NCBI GenBank assembly: GCA_030704615.1
Contig: CM060731.1
Span: 40,920,001 to 40,984,000 of the forward strand
Source: Takakia lepidozioides
Lineage: Eukaryota > Plantae > Bryophyta
Length of the DNA: 64,000 bases
Direction of reading: 5' to 3'
The translations under genes were made by a program, and so were the position numbers. Shown here one piece after another: positions 1 through 11,637 of this stretch. The notes below the pieces were generated by a model. That model worked only from the letters and a program-made list of their open reading frames with translations. It had not been told where the DNA came from and did no database searches. Every line of letters starts with the position of its first letter. Positions within the stretch are counted from its first letter, which is position 1.

Positions 1-705
1 GGAGGATACTGGCCATACTGCCCATATGGAGGAGCACCATATTGACCCTGACCATACTGAGTGCCAGACTGTGGGTACTGAGGCATACCATAATAAGGTG
101 GGGGTACTGGTGGCACAGAACCCACAACGTTGGGAGAGTTAGGGCCACCTCCTGCGTTCTTGTGGGCGCCATCTCCATTGCTAGCAGCAGGGATCGTGGA
201 TCCAGTGCGCTTGTGCTTGCCCTGAAAAGAAATTCCCCCAGTACAATGTGGGTGATTACACATACATATAGGCAGCAAGCAGCAAATCCTTGAATTCAGG
301 CAAAACAAACTGGAAGCACATATCATTTGTAAAGACAAGATTACCCAAAACTCAGTATGATCTTGGGCAGTAAATCTCCCAAATTTGATTGGCCCCAATG
401 ATGTCCTCCCAGTACATTTTTGAGCCCTCTTAGGTATGGGGTGTTCCTGAAATCCATAGCAAGAATTCAAATGGACAAACCTGATGGGTCCATGAGAAGT
501 ATCCCTCCAAGTTTTACTGATATTCTGGGTGCATAAGTAACCCAAGTATCTCTATAAGTAGCCATTGTAGCTTAGTACCAGGACGTTGGTTTCATGGGGC
601 AAAGAATTTGAACACACCTGAAGTCTACATTGGCCTGACATCATGCCTTTGGCACTTCAACTTGTCTAGTGGAAATCATTTGTGATTGTGCCTTGGCTGA
701 CCCCT
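1..705 (-). pseudogene. Degenerate spliced coding fragment, divergent from the CACTA transposase (possible CACTA accessory gene); runs off the window
   Basis: After a tttcag acceptor at ~222 the minus strand reads openly as GKHKRTGSTIPAASNG...PPPYYGMPQYPQSGTQYGQGQYGAPPYGQYGQYP. An upstream exon-like block (~345-705) has stops and frameshifts. No family recognised. Confidence 0.3.
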
Positions 706-1651
706 GCATTGTCCAACTTCCCTGTCTTGACAGACATACCGTATCTCTTCGTGATTTTACCAAAAACATACATAATTAGAATCATGGTCATTGTGAAGAA
801 CTATAACTCACAGACGGAGAAGGTGTTCGTAGTGTAGATGATGGGCGTTTTTGTCCTGCGACATGAGCATGGGCATGTTCTCCTCGGCTTGCCGTGGCAT
901 CCGCCGACGACGCACTCGCCTCGCACTGGCGTGGGAGGAGTGGATCGTCCTCATCGTCCTCAGAAGAGCCCTCATGCAGAATCGTAGTCTTCATCGTCTT
1001 CAGTTTGGCACTTTGCCTTGCAGGACCTTGATCCCTAGCTTTTTCCTTCGGAGCGCGTGGCTTGCGAGGGTGATTCGCTCCCGCAAGCCTGCACAAACAC
1101 CTCCATGACCTCCTCTCAAACAATCACAAACAAATGTAAGCATACATACCCTAATACTCTTAAGCCTACGCTGAACCACAGCCACACCCTACCAGGACGT
1201 AATGCTTGCCCACGAATGACGGCGGACATCTCCCGCCTAATGACACACCTCCTCAAACCTAATCGTCACTCACTGCATGTTGTTTGCCTCTCTGTTTGTA
1301 CAAGTCGCAGCTACTCGCCCCCATTTGTGCTATGAAGCTTATGATCGCTGTAGGAAGGTTAGAGGATAAGGCAAATCGCAAGTTTAGTGGGTGGGTATCC
1401 AAAGTCAGGAACTAAACTCACCCATCTATCGACTGCTTGAACGTTGTTTCCACCTCCTTTATGGTAGCAATCCAGCGCTCTCGGAACTTCTCGTACTCAG
1501 TGAGAGGGACTGTCACTTCGAAGACCTTCCGCTTCACCATGGACACTCAGAAACGATACTTATAGTATACTATAGATATAGAAATAGCACATTGGCAGCT
1601 GGTGCAAAACTAGAGACAATGCACTGTGCGTAGCATGCAAAGAGGGAAGGG

Positions 1652-4600
1652 GTGACGTTCAAAGCATGTACAGTGCAGGTGGCGAGCGGATGCGTAGGCG
1701 TAATAGATGACCGTCTATGGCGAATGGAAGAAGCTTATGCCACAAGGAATGGGCATACAAAAATGCTATGCAACTGCGATGAGTGTCATGGAGGAAAAGT
1801 ACTGTTGTTGGAAACAGTGAGGAATCATTACATGATACACGGGAGGGATCCTCTTCTCCAACGCTGTTCTCTTCCGGTAAGATCGCCACTTTCCCTTCAG
1901 CACTTTAGTTTGAATTTTGAATGCAACGATCCTCTTCTCCACATGTCGACATTTCGTTGGGTGATTGTAGTCAAGAAGTCATAAGATACAGACGTGACTA
2001 TGACTACGCCACTTCCGTTATCACTTTAATTAATGCACATGTCGTGTTTTCATTGGTCATGTGTAGTCATGTAGTCATATATGACTAAGTAAGTGACTGC
2101 AACTATGACTTCAATGGTTACAAATGTCGTGTTTTGATTGGGTGTATATTCATAAGATACATACGTAAATATGACTGCATCACTGCAACGTCACCGTGCC
2201 TCCTATGTCATAATATGAACAAGTGTCACATCGTTGTTGGTCCACTCACAAGATGACTATTGGGATGCAGGGATGTGAATATTCAGATGATGAAGACGAA
2301 GGCCCTGCGGCACAGCGGGAGCCCAATGTCACAGAGAACGCAGATGAGAGTGGTGGATTGGAGGTAGAAATGCAGCGTGCATTGCAGGAAGCGTTTCTCT
2401 TTGCAGATGCAAACAGAGAGGACCCCATTCATGGTGGAACCGATCACACATTTGCCGATCATGACGATGATCTCGACGATTCCGGAGACAATGAATTTGA
2501 TGAGAATGCTCACCTGCACGTTGATCCCGAGTATGATAAACTCTTCCGAGCGTCGCAATGTCCACTTTTTGAAGGGTGCTCCATCAGCCGGCTGCAAGCA
2601 ACTTTGACGTTGCTGAACGCATGCACTACCCACAAGTGCACCAATGCATTTGTGGATGAGCTTCTGGGATTGTTGCGTAAGAGTTTTTTGCCTAAAGAGA
2701 ATTCATTGCCGAAAACTCACTATGAAGCAAAAACCATGATTGCCAAGATGGGATTGCAGTACATGATGATTCATGCCTGTGAGCGTGGTTGTGTACTCTT
2801 ATGTGGGGAGTATGAGAATGTAGACATTTGCCCAGTGTGCCGCAGTTCCCGTTACATTCCAGGTCGTGGAAGTGTGCCCAAGAAAGTATTGCGACACTTC
2901 CCTGTCATTCCAAGGTTGAAACGTATGTACCGATGTAAATCGATCGCTAACCTCATGACATGGCACGACAGACATAAGAGCCAGGATGGGTTGGTTCGAC
3001 ATCCAGCTGATAGCAAAGCATGGAGACACATTGACACCACATTTGCGGATTTTGCTGCAGAGCCACGATCTCTGCGATTTGGATTGGCCTTAGACGGTGT
3101 AAATCCCTACGGAGCTCAATCCACAAGTTGGAGCACATGGCCCATTCTCTTGGTCAATTACAATCTGCCTCCGTGGTTAATGACCAAAAAGTTCTTTGTC
3201 ATGTTAGCGCTACTGATTCCTGGTAGGAGTCTGTTACCTCGGACAACGTAGATGTTTACCTGATGCCCCTAGTGGAAGAGCTATTGGAACTATGGAGAGG
3301 GATTGCAGCTCATGATGTTTCCCGTCCTCGTGGTCAACGCGAATTCACACTGAGGGCAGTGTTGATGTGGTCAATCCATGACTACCCTGCATATGGCTTG
3401 CTCTCAGGTCAAGTGACGAAAGGTTATGCTGGTTGTCCAGCTTGTGGACCCGGGGTGACTTCACAGCAGTTACACACATGTGGAAAAATTGTTTTCCTAG
3501 GCCACCGAAGATTTTTGGCCCGCAATCATCCATATAGAAGGTCAAGAATGTTCAATGGCGCTACTGAGCATGGAACTCTTCCAAAAACGCAGACTGGAAC
3601 ACAAATCAAGACCTTGCAACAGCTCGCACTGCATGGGTGGAAACGGAGGGACGCCAGATAGCAGGACAGACCCAGTAAAAACTCATGGAGTTAAGCGATT
3701 GTCAATTTTATATGTCTTACCTTATTGGGAGGTAATTCCTTCATGGCCTTTAAATTGGCTGTGTACATTTTTGTGTTTTCTGTTTAAATTATGATGAGTA
3801 AATGCTCAATTGCTTATGTGTTCATTTTGTAGGGTCTCCTCATCCGCCACACGTTTGACGCAATGCATTGCGAGAAGAACTTGGCTGAAAATATTATTAA
3901 AACTATCTTTGGTGAGAAAGACACATTGAAAGTTCGCCGTGATTTGGAGCTACTTGGGATGCGCCCGGAATTGTGGCTACAACGTGATCCTGACAGAGCA
4001 GATATGTTAATTATGCCTCCTGCCCCTTATGTCCTCACTGAGGCTGAGTTACAAGTCTTTCTGGAGATTGTGCAGAACTTGAAAGTGCCAACAGGCTACG
4101 CATCAGTTTTCAAAAAGCATGTGGTGAAGAAGAAGTTGTCAGGCATGAAATCACATGACTATCATGTGCTCATGCAGCAAATTATACCGCTTGCTATCCG
4201 TGGGTTCATGCCAAGTGGTCCTCGAAGGCCCATTTTGCGAGTATGTCGTGTATTTAAGAAGTTGTGCACAAAAGTGGTGAATCCTGTAGAGTATGAGGAA
4301 TTGAGAACTGAAGCAGTTCTCACTCTGTGTCTTATAGATAAGGAGTTCCCACCATCATTTTTTGATGTGATGACACATCTGGTTGTTCACCTAGTGGATG
4401 AGTTGTACTTATGCGGGCCCGTAGCATCTCGTTGGATGTACCCCATGGAGCGGGCAATGAAAGATATGAAGGGCTACGTAAGAAACATGGCAAGGCCCGA
4501 GGGGAGCATGGCAGAAGGATACCAATTTGAAGAAGCATTGGTTTTTGCACAGAGTATATGGCAGGATTTGATGGAAGTGTACGAAGGGTGTGGGATGCAG

Positions 4601-5810
4601 ATGAGGCAGAATATGTGGAACGTGAAGTTGTGGAAGGAAGTTCTAAAGCCCGAAAATTGAATGACCTGTGTGATATTGTACATGAGTACATCATTCATAA
4701 CCATCCTCGTCTATCAGTCATGTTGGGGTAAGAAATCTACTTCATTGACATTCAGATTTCCAAGTTTTAGTCATTTATCATTAGTTGGCATATGGCGTCT
4801 TTTCAAATCTCCCACGCCACCTCTGTCAATCTCCTGGATGATCCTCGGATTGTGACAGGATATATGAAGCAGAGTCCACACGGATAGAAGCCAGACGACG
4901 CTTGTTTCGTGAGGAGCAAGGGCTGGAAGGCATGAGCAATCCCACGGCAATTCAGTACCCTCCTGATTTGCATCCTTGTCCTCCATTTGCTGTTTGGCTC
5001 CCTCAAGGTGTACGGGATCATCTCTCAATTCAATCAGATGGGCTTGATCCTACAACACGTGAGGAATTACTGGATCTTTCAATGCCTCCATCATTTACTG
5101 CCCTGTCATTCAAGAGATGACAGCGTATGGTAACCATTACAGGGTTACATCCCCCGGCATGAACACAACAAGTATGGTGTCTTTTGATTGTGGAGTCTCA
5201 TCTGTTTTCCAGCACCAGCCATTACCAACAATTCAGGCAATGACATGGAGGAACCTACAAGATATGTGGGTCTTATAAGGGAGATTTTGCAATTGACTAT
5301 GGCCAAACACAGCCTATAGTGTTTTTGTGTTCGTGGGTACGGGCGAGTCGCGTGGGTCGTCAACCTATGTCAATGAAGCAGGATGATGCTGGCTTCACAC
5401 TTGTCAATTTTAACCGTATGCTTCCACCTTCTGAGCAACCTTTTGTGTTTCCTGGCCAGGTTGATCAAGTGTTTTTTTCTGATTGTGTGAAGGAGCCGGG
5501 GTGGAAAGTCGTCCTGGAGAAGAGCCCCCGAGCACGTAGAGTGGTCTGCGACATATCAATTGATAATGATGATGTGGCGGAAGTGGAAGGATTGTTAGCC
5601 CCACAAAGACTAGAGGAGACTGTGGTTACTGATGGCCCAACATGCAGCCGAGCGGTACCGGTTACTCCAGAGCAGGTGGCCTCCTTGTACCTCCGAGCAC
5701 CCCGTATATGTGGTGATGATGTTCAGCCAACCCTTGGAGAAGATGAAGTCTGTGATGAAGACAGTGATACATGTAGTGACCCAGACATAGATGAGGATGA
5801 TGACGATTAG
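1652..5810 (+). mobile_element. CACTA (En/Spm) TnpD-type transposase gene, frameshifted pseudogene
   Basis: Transposase-associated exon (CNCDEC...VRNHYMIHG, donor at 1877). Transposase_21 motifs IHACERGC, LRHFPVIPRLKRMY, HPADSKAWRHID, LALDGVNPY, YNLPPWL, WSIHDYPAYG. DUF4218 motifs MHCEKN, GMKSHDYH, FFDVMTHL, RWMYPMER. DUF4216 motif EQPFVFPGQVDQVFF. Frameshifts near 3235, 3620 and 4540; GT-AG introns near 1877-2270 and 3732-3832. Confidence 0.93.
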
Positions 5811-5899
5811 ATATGCGCGATTTGTGCACTCCAGTTATAGACCATGCATGATAGTTTAAGGTGGTAACACTCCCTTCGCATTCCCATTAAGATATCATG

Positions 5900-8800
5900 C
5901 TTGTTCGAGCGGCTAGCATAAGCCACTACGAACTTTCTTCCCTCATCATCCACTTGTGTGAGCACTGCTCCAAGCCCCAGCATGCTCCCAGTTGAAAATG
6001 ACACCCTCTGATAGGTCGTCTCAGGATAGGCGCTGAGGTCAACCTCGCCTTGAGTTCTTGAAAAGCTCATTCCTGCTCATCTTCCCACTGCCACTCCTGG
6101 TCCACATTGGTCAGCTTGATTAGAGCCTTTGCAATGGCATTAAATCCCTTAACAAACCGTCTATAATAGTTTGTCAACCCCATGAAAGCTCGAACTCGGC
6201 TCACATCCGTGGGGCGTGGAATTTGTGCAATGGCCTCTACCGTAGTCTGCTGTACCCCCAATCCTCCAGGATATATCATGTGACCCACATACTCAATCTG
6301 GTTGTGGAAAAACTTGCACTTCCTCGGATGCAACTTCAATCCGTACGCTCTCAAGCGCTCCAATACCACCTGAAGGTGTCTCTCATGCTCCTCCACCGTA
6401 GCACTAAAGATGATGATGTCATTTATATAGCACCGAGCAAAGTCCACCCCTGCTAGAATCCTATCCATGACTCTTTGAAACTTTGCAGGAGCGTTCTTAA
6501 GCCCAAATGGTAAGAACCGCTACTGATATAGGCAATCTTTGCCGTGCTCATTGATCCCCCAGAATGCCGTCTTCTGTTTGTCCGCCTCCTTGATCGGCAA
6601 CTGATAATATCCGGATCGTAAATCCAAAGTGCTAAAGACCTTAGCATGCCTGATGGCATCAAAGATCTCATCTAGTGTTGGCATGGCATACTTATCGAAC
6701 TTGGTCTGACGATTTACAGGCCGGTAATCACCGCACATACGTCTCTCTGTCCAATTGCCATAGACATCTTTCTTGGCTGGCATCACTGTGGCTGAAGCAT
6801 ACTCTCCACCAGAGCGCTCCACCAAACCAGCCTCCCAGAGATCTTGTGTGTGGGTTTATGCCCTAAAGCATCTGTGCGGGTAAAAAACCACTTTGCCCCA
6901 GTGTGGAGGCAATATTCCAATGTCATCTGAATCAAAGACCTCTCCATGTCACTGTATCTATAGGGTCTCCGAAAGATTGGCGTGTCAGTGGCCAACTCAA
7001 TACGAATCTCTTGACCCTTCAGTGCTCCCAAGTTCTTCAAACTGAAGGCAAAGCAATTCTTGTAAGCCCTCAGGAACCGCCGTATACGTCGTCTCTCTCC
7101 TCCGGTGACAATGGGTCCAATGTCAGGCTCCCAATTGTTCTCCGTAACTGCAACCTTAAGTCCAGTGGGCTTAGAGGTAGAGGACGCGTCCAGTGGTTGC
7201 TATGTTGCAACCTCTTGAGCAGTACTCCATGCCTGCTCAGTCAATGACAAGGCCTCATCTTGCCCCATCATCTCATCCTCGAGGATTTCCTCAACCCGAG
7301 AAAAATCCCCAACCTCATCCATCACCGCCACCCTGGCTGCCAACTCCCTCTGAATCTCGAGCACCTCCCACGTGTGCCATGGATGCCTGCACCCCATGGT
7401 CCTCTCATGCTCGCCCCCACTCACTGCCTGTACCGTCTCGGTAGGCAGAGAGACCATCGAGGGAAGTGTACTCCGCACTCTGCGTTGCTCAGCCATAGCC
7501 AAGTTGATAATCCAGGTCAAGCAATTGAGATCCATTGCTTGCCCCAACACCTGACGACGTGATGCCTCAGAAAGAGATGGCACCGCCGTGGTACCAGTGG
7601 TAAAACCCATTGCCCGCTCACGCTCGTTAGCATTAGGCTCCACTAATTGCTGCAACTGAGCATCCCACAGGAGGCCAGGTCCACTATCCCGGAAAGCATG
7701 CGATCCTGGGAAGCTAAGCAGTGTAGGTAATATTGCTCGTGGTTGACCCACCTTGTTGACCACTGCCAAAGGCGAATGGTCATCGTGTCTCACACACTGA
7801 GACTGCCTCCCTGTGTCCAAAATGTTATCCACTGTGAGGTGTGTTGGCCGCTGCACCCCATCAAATGCACGCTTGAGCAGTGCGGGTGACATCAAGTTAG
7901 TCCACCATAGCCGTGGACGATGAGCCCGTGACCCCACTGTAGCTGCAAGTAGCAACACTGCTGACCCAAGCCACGACCGGACTTGATGCACACTGGCCAT
8001 CACCCTGGCCCGAGAATCGCCCATCAGTGGCACATTCTCCAAGATGTATGCTGGAGATACAACTTGATGAAGCTGCAAGTGGCGCAAAACCCGCACCATT
8101 TCCCAAAACAAACCCGACCTCGAGTCTCGCAATCCATTGTCATGCCCGGCTGATGAATACCATTGGCAGGACCAACCTGCCACTACCAGATCAATGGAGC
8201 CAACCCGCTCCAAATCCTGCGCCCCCAGCAACGAAATGTCTGCTGGCAAGGCCTGCTGATATCCACGAACTGCAGACACCGGCAACAACTCAGGGTACTA
8301 CTGCACCAACTGAGCAACATGGCGAAGTGAAACACGTCGTGCAGTCTCATCCCTCTCCACATACAGGTAACGCCGAACTCGTACACCTGCCTGTAACACA
8401 GCAGCCAATCCGGTGTTGATCCCGCCAAACAAGTCTAGAAGACAAATGCCTTCATCCGGATACTGCCACACAATAGGTGTGGTGTCCAATGGAGACAATT
8501 GAGGTGGTCCTGGTGCAATCCCCGCACTCTCCTCCTCTCCTGATGGTACAAGAGCCTTCACCCAGGCTTGTTGCACCTGTCGATCAGCAACCCGCTGCAA
8601 ATCCTTGCTCGTGCCCCACAATGGAATCTGAACAACCATGGCAGGCAACTCCGCCATACCATACATGTCATCTTGCTCTCCCGGAGGTGACACATCCTCT
8701 GAATGAGCGTTGCCCTCAAGCAACTCTCCAGGCCAACTCACTGCAGCTGTGAATGCTGCTAGTGTCGGCATCTTGCCTCGCTGGGCAACCGCAACTCCTC

Positions 8801-9689
8801 CTATGAACGTCACAGGGAGCTGCACATGCCAGCCCTCCCCTGACTGCCATCCAGGCCTATAGGAAGCTGACTCTTCCCAAAAATCCAGGGTGAAGCCCAT
8901 GGGGTACAACACTGCCCCACCAACCAGGACATCGTACGAAACCGCGTCTGTCACAATGGCCTTGGCTCGCATTACTGAGCCATTTGTAGGGTGATCCGGC
9001 CGTAGTCTGATAGCCAACTCACACCGTGTCATGCCCCGAGCCTGCTCCAATCCTCCTAGAGACGTCTGTATCTGGAAATGACAAGGCTCCATATCCGCCT
9101 CCGTGAGGCCCAAGCCTGCAATAGCAGCTCTGCCCAGCATCAATGGCTGAGCTCCCGAGTCCAACAAGACCCGCAGTGGCCGGTACCTCTTGCCTGCCGA
9201 TCCACTCAAACAGAAAATGTCATCCTGGTTGTCTAACCTGACAACTCCAGGTGTCACCATGGCGCACTCAATGGCTGGCCTAGCTGGCAGCTCCATCAAC
9301 CTGGCAGCTGCAGCTTGCCATGGCGCTGCTGTGGCAGTCTTGACCCTCAAATCCAAGGATCCCTCCGGCACTACACCTCCCACTATCTCCGCAGAAGATG
9401 AAGTAACCTCCCTACTCTCATAGAGTGTAGCTGCCAGCCTGAACACCTCAGCTGGTCTTACCCCCGGTGTCGCAATCATGGTAGCCGAGAACAATGGAGC
9501 CTGGCACACAGATATGGCCGCTCCCAGCAGCACACTAGCTGCCGTAGCATTAGAAACACTAGGTAGTGGTGCTGCCCGTGTAGCTCTCCCCAATGACATA
9601 GTAATCTCCGCCTCGGTAACAGTCGGGCGAGAACTAGGTGCCATGGATGGTGTCGACACTGTCTCCGCCAATGTGAATGACTGAGGAAG
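5900..9689 (-). mobile_element. Ty3/gypsy pol, 5' half: aspartic protease - C5 DNA methyltransferase - reverse transcriptase - partial RNase H (decayed)
   Basis: Protease LLDSGAQ (~9150-9167). RT motifs PIFRRPYR, RRMCGDYRPVN, FSTLDLRSGYYQ, KTAFW, LPFGLKNAP, YINDII (YIDD mutated), KCKFF, VRAFMGLTNYYRRFV. RNase H start GLGAVLTQ...VVAYASRS, truncated at ~5900. ORFs 8298-9692, 7200-8288 and 6783-7040 share one frame separated by single TAG codons. Confidence 0.93.
7510..8447 (-). CDS. DNMT3-like C5-cytosine DNA methyltransferase domain embedded in gypsy pol (one in-frame stop at 8298-8300)
   Basis: Motifs in canonical order: I LDLFGGINTG, II YLYVERD, III PADI, IV IDLVVAGWSCQ (PCQ-type, catalytic Cys kept), V GLRDSRSGLF, VI YILENV, VIII RAHRPRLWWTNL, IX ERERAMGF, X RRQVLGQAM. 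Confidence 0.9.
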
Positions 9690-10000
9690 CACTACAAGAG
9701 ATGAGCGTTTTTAGGACTACGGGTTTGGCGGAGTCATAAAAACTGCACTAGGTACATGACTACATAGCGTTGAAATGCATTACAGTTTTAGTTTTATGAC
9801 TTTGTAGTAATGGATATCACTACATGACTCCGGAAAGTTAGGGAGCATTGGTCAAACATTGTTGACCATGATGACAGGGATGGTTTATATGGCTAGTGTG
9901 ATATGTTTGACTACACGTGGACGACGTTTCATGGAAGCTTATGACTCCATGACTGAAGATGGTTTCAGAGCTCTATTTATACGACTACATCACTACACGT
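9690..10000 (+). mobile_element. CACTA terminal inverted repeat and subterminal repeat region
   Basis: CACTACAAGAGA starts exactly where the gypsy gag/PR frame is cut (9690). It is followed by clustered ATGACT(AC)/AGTCAT motifs typical of CACTA subterminal repeats. Confidence 0.8.
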
Positions 10001-10419
10001 GTCATTTTGAAGGCACATATAATGCAAATAAGGTCGCCCATTAGGTTTAAAAAAGTTAAAAAAATTGCTAATAAGGTTGCCCATTAGTGTAATCGTGAAC
10101 AGAAAGGAGGGCTGGGACTTGGCGTCTTTTTGTCTCCTGCGCCACACACTAGCTGAGGGATGGAACGCGATGATAGCAGGATATGCAGGGGCGTGGGATA
10201 GAGGCGTTGAGCAAATGATGCACGAAGGAGAAGAGGAGGAGGAGACGAGACGAGGACAAGCGAGCTCGCCGTTCTTGGGAGAGTCAGCTTGGTCTTAGCA
10301 AGCGTGTTTCAATCTCTGACTACTCATCTACGCCGTAGTGGTTCGATCTGACAAACCAATCCGACATTACCTGACTACAAACACAAGCAGCACACGCAAG
10401 AGGTCATCGGTCAAATCCT

Positions 10420-11215
10420 CCATGGGTCAGGACAGGTCAAGGACAATGTGGTAGGGCACCTTCTTCTTCAACCTATTTCAACCTGTGTTGCCCTCTCATC
10501 AGACTCGGCCGCAAGATGCATATTTAATTCTGTAAGTTAGGTCGTTGGGTACATCTGTGGTGGTTTGGAGTGACTTTGGCAAGTTACTGCCAGTGTGGTA
10601 GCAGGGAAGTATCCAAAAACATATAATAGAGGTGAGGAGAAGCTTTGGGGTGAACACTTTCCGACCCCAATGGTGGGACAATGGAGACAAAAAGGCGAAT
10701 GCCTGTTGGACTACAGAGAGAAGCAGATGCATTTCAGATTGTGATAAGTAGGGTTGGGGTGTTTTGGGGAAGAACTCCACACCAGTATGGTTGGGGTGTT
10801 TGCTGGTAGAATTGTAGGCTGTCAGAGGCATGGATAGCTGAAGGAGCAGGGATAGAGTGTGGGTCCAGATTCATCCAAGAAGGCTGGATTTCAAGCTTCA
10901 CATTACTTATGATTCCCTGTGGAAGGATAGGTACAAGAAACCTACATGGGTAGATGGTCAACTGGAAGCGGCATGCTGTACTATATGTCATTACTGTACT
11001 ATATGTCATTCCAGAGACTGTCATTGTTGGTCCATGTGTGTTTTACAACAATGCTATCAATATAAGACTCCTGATTCGCATTGGAAGCTCAATCCCTACA
11101 AGTTCATTGTGTGTGAAGCTCAAACTGCGATTTGAAGGATCTTGTAGCCAAGTTCATTCAACGGAAAGGAGAAATTCTAAAAGCTCCCAAATTTGATGTG
11201 GGCAAGCTTATGGAG
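10420..11215 (+). pseudogene. Degenerate coding-like segment internal to the CACTA end, product unknown
   Basis: One + frame reads largely as protein (RPQWWDNGDKKANACW...YDSLWKDRYKKPTWVDGQLE...) with scattered stops and ends at a gtaag donor-like site. No family recognised. Confidence 0.25.
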
Positions 11216-11637
11216 GTAAGACTTAGCTTCCCTCCTCTAATGTAAGTGTTGGATAAGTTTCATTTAGTGTCGACCTTCACTGCATATATTGGCTCTTTTC
11301 TTGGCTGGTTTCATATTTTCTTGGCTGGTATGCTGTTGGTTGGCTTCTTTCATTTCACGTGTGTAGTGGAAGGGGAGAAGTACTTTCCTAAGTTCTGCTG
11401 CAACAATGTCTTTTTCCAGCCTAGATGTTTTCGATGGATACAAATTGAAGTGCTTTGAATGTTGCTGCAATACTATAATAAAGTGGAGGGTGCTGAATGT
11501 AGCTGGCCTTGCTTCGTGCAGGCATAATCCAGGGAAATGTGGACATAGCTGAAACCCCATGATAGCATTTCCAAAGGACGGTGTGGATGGCCTCACAATC
11601 CAGCATGCAAAATCCATGACAATGTGGAGCTAGCTGA

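Noticed and set aside
7200-8447. Host DRM/DNMT3 gene or bacterial restriction-modification methylase
   Set aside because: Intronless, lacks UBA/PWWP/ADD domains and has no neighbouring endonuclease. It is in-frame with retroviral-type protease and RT.
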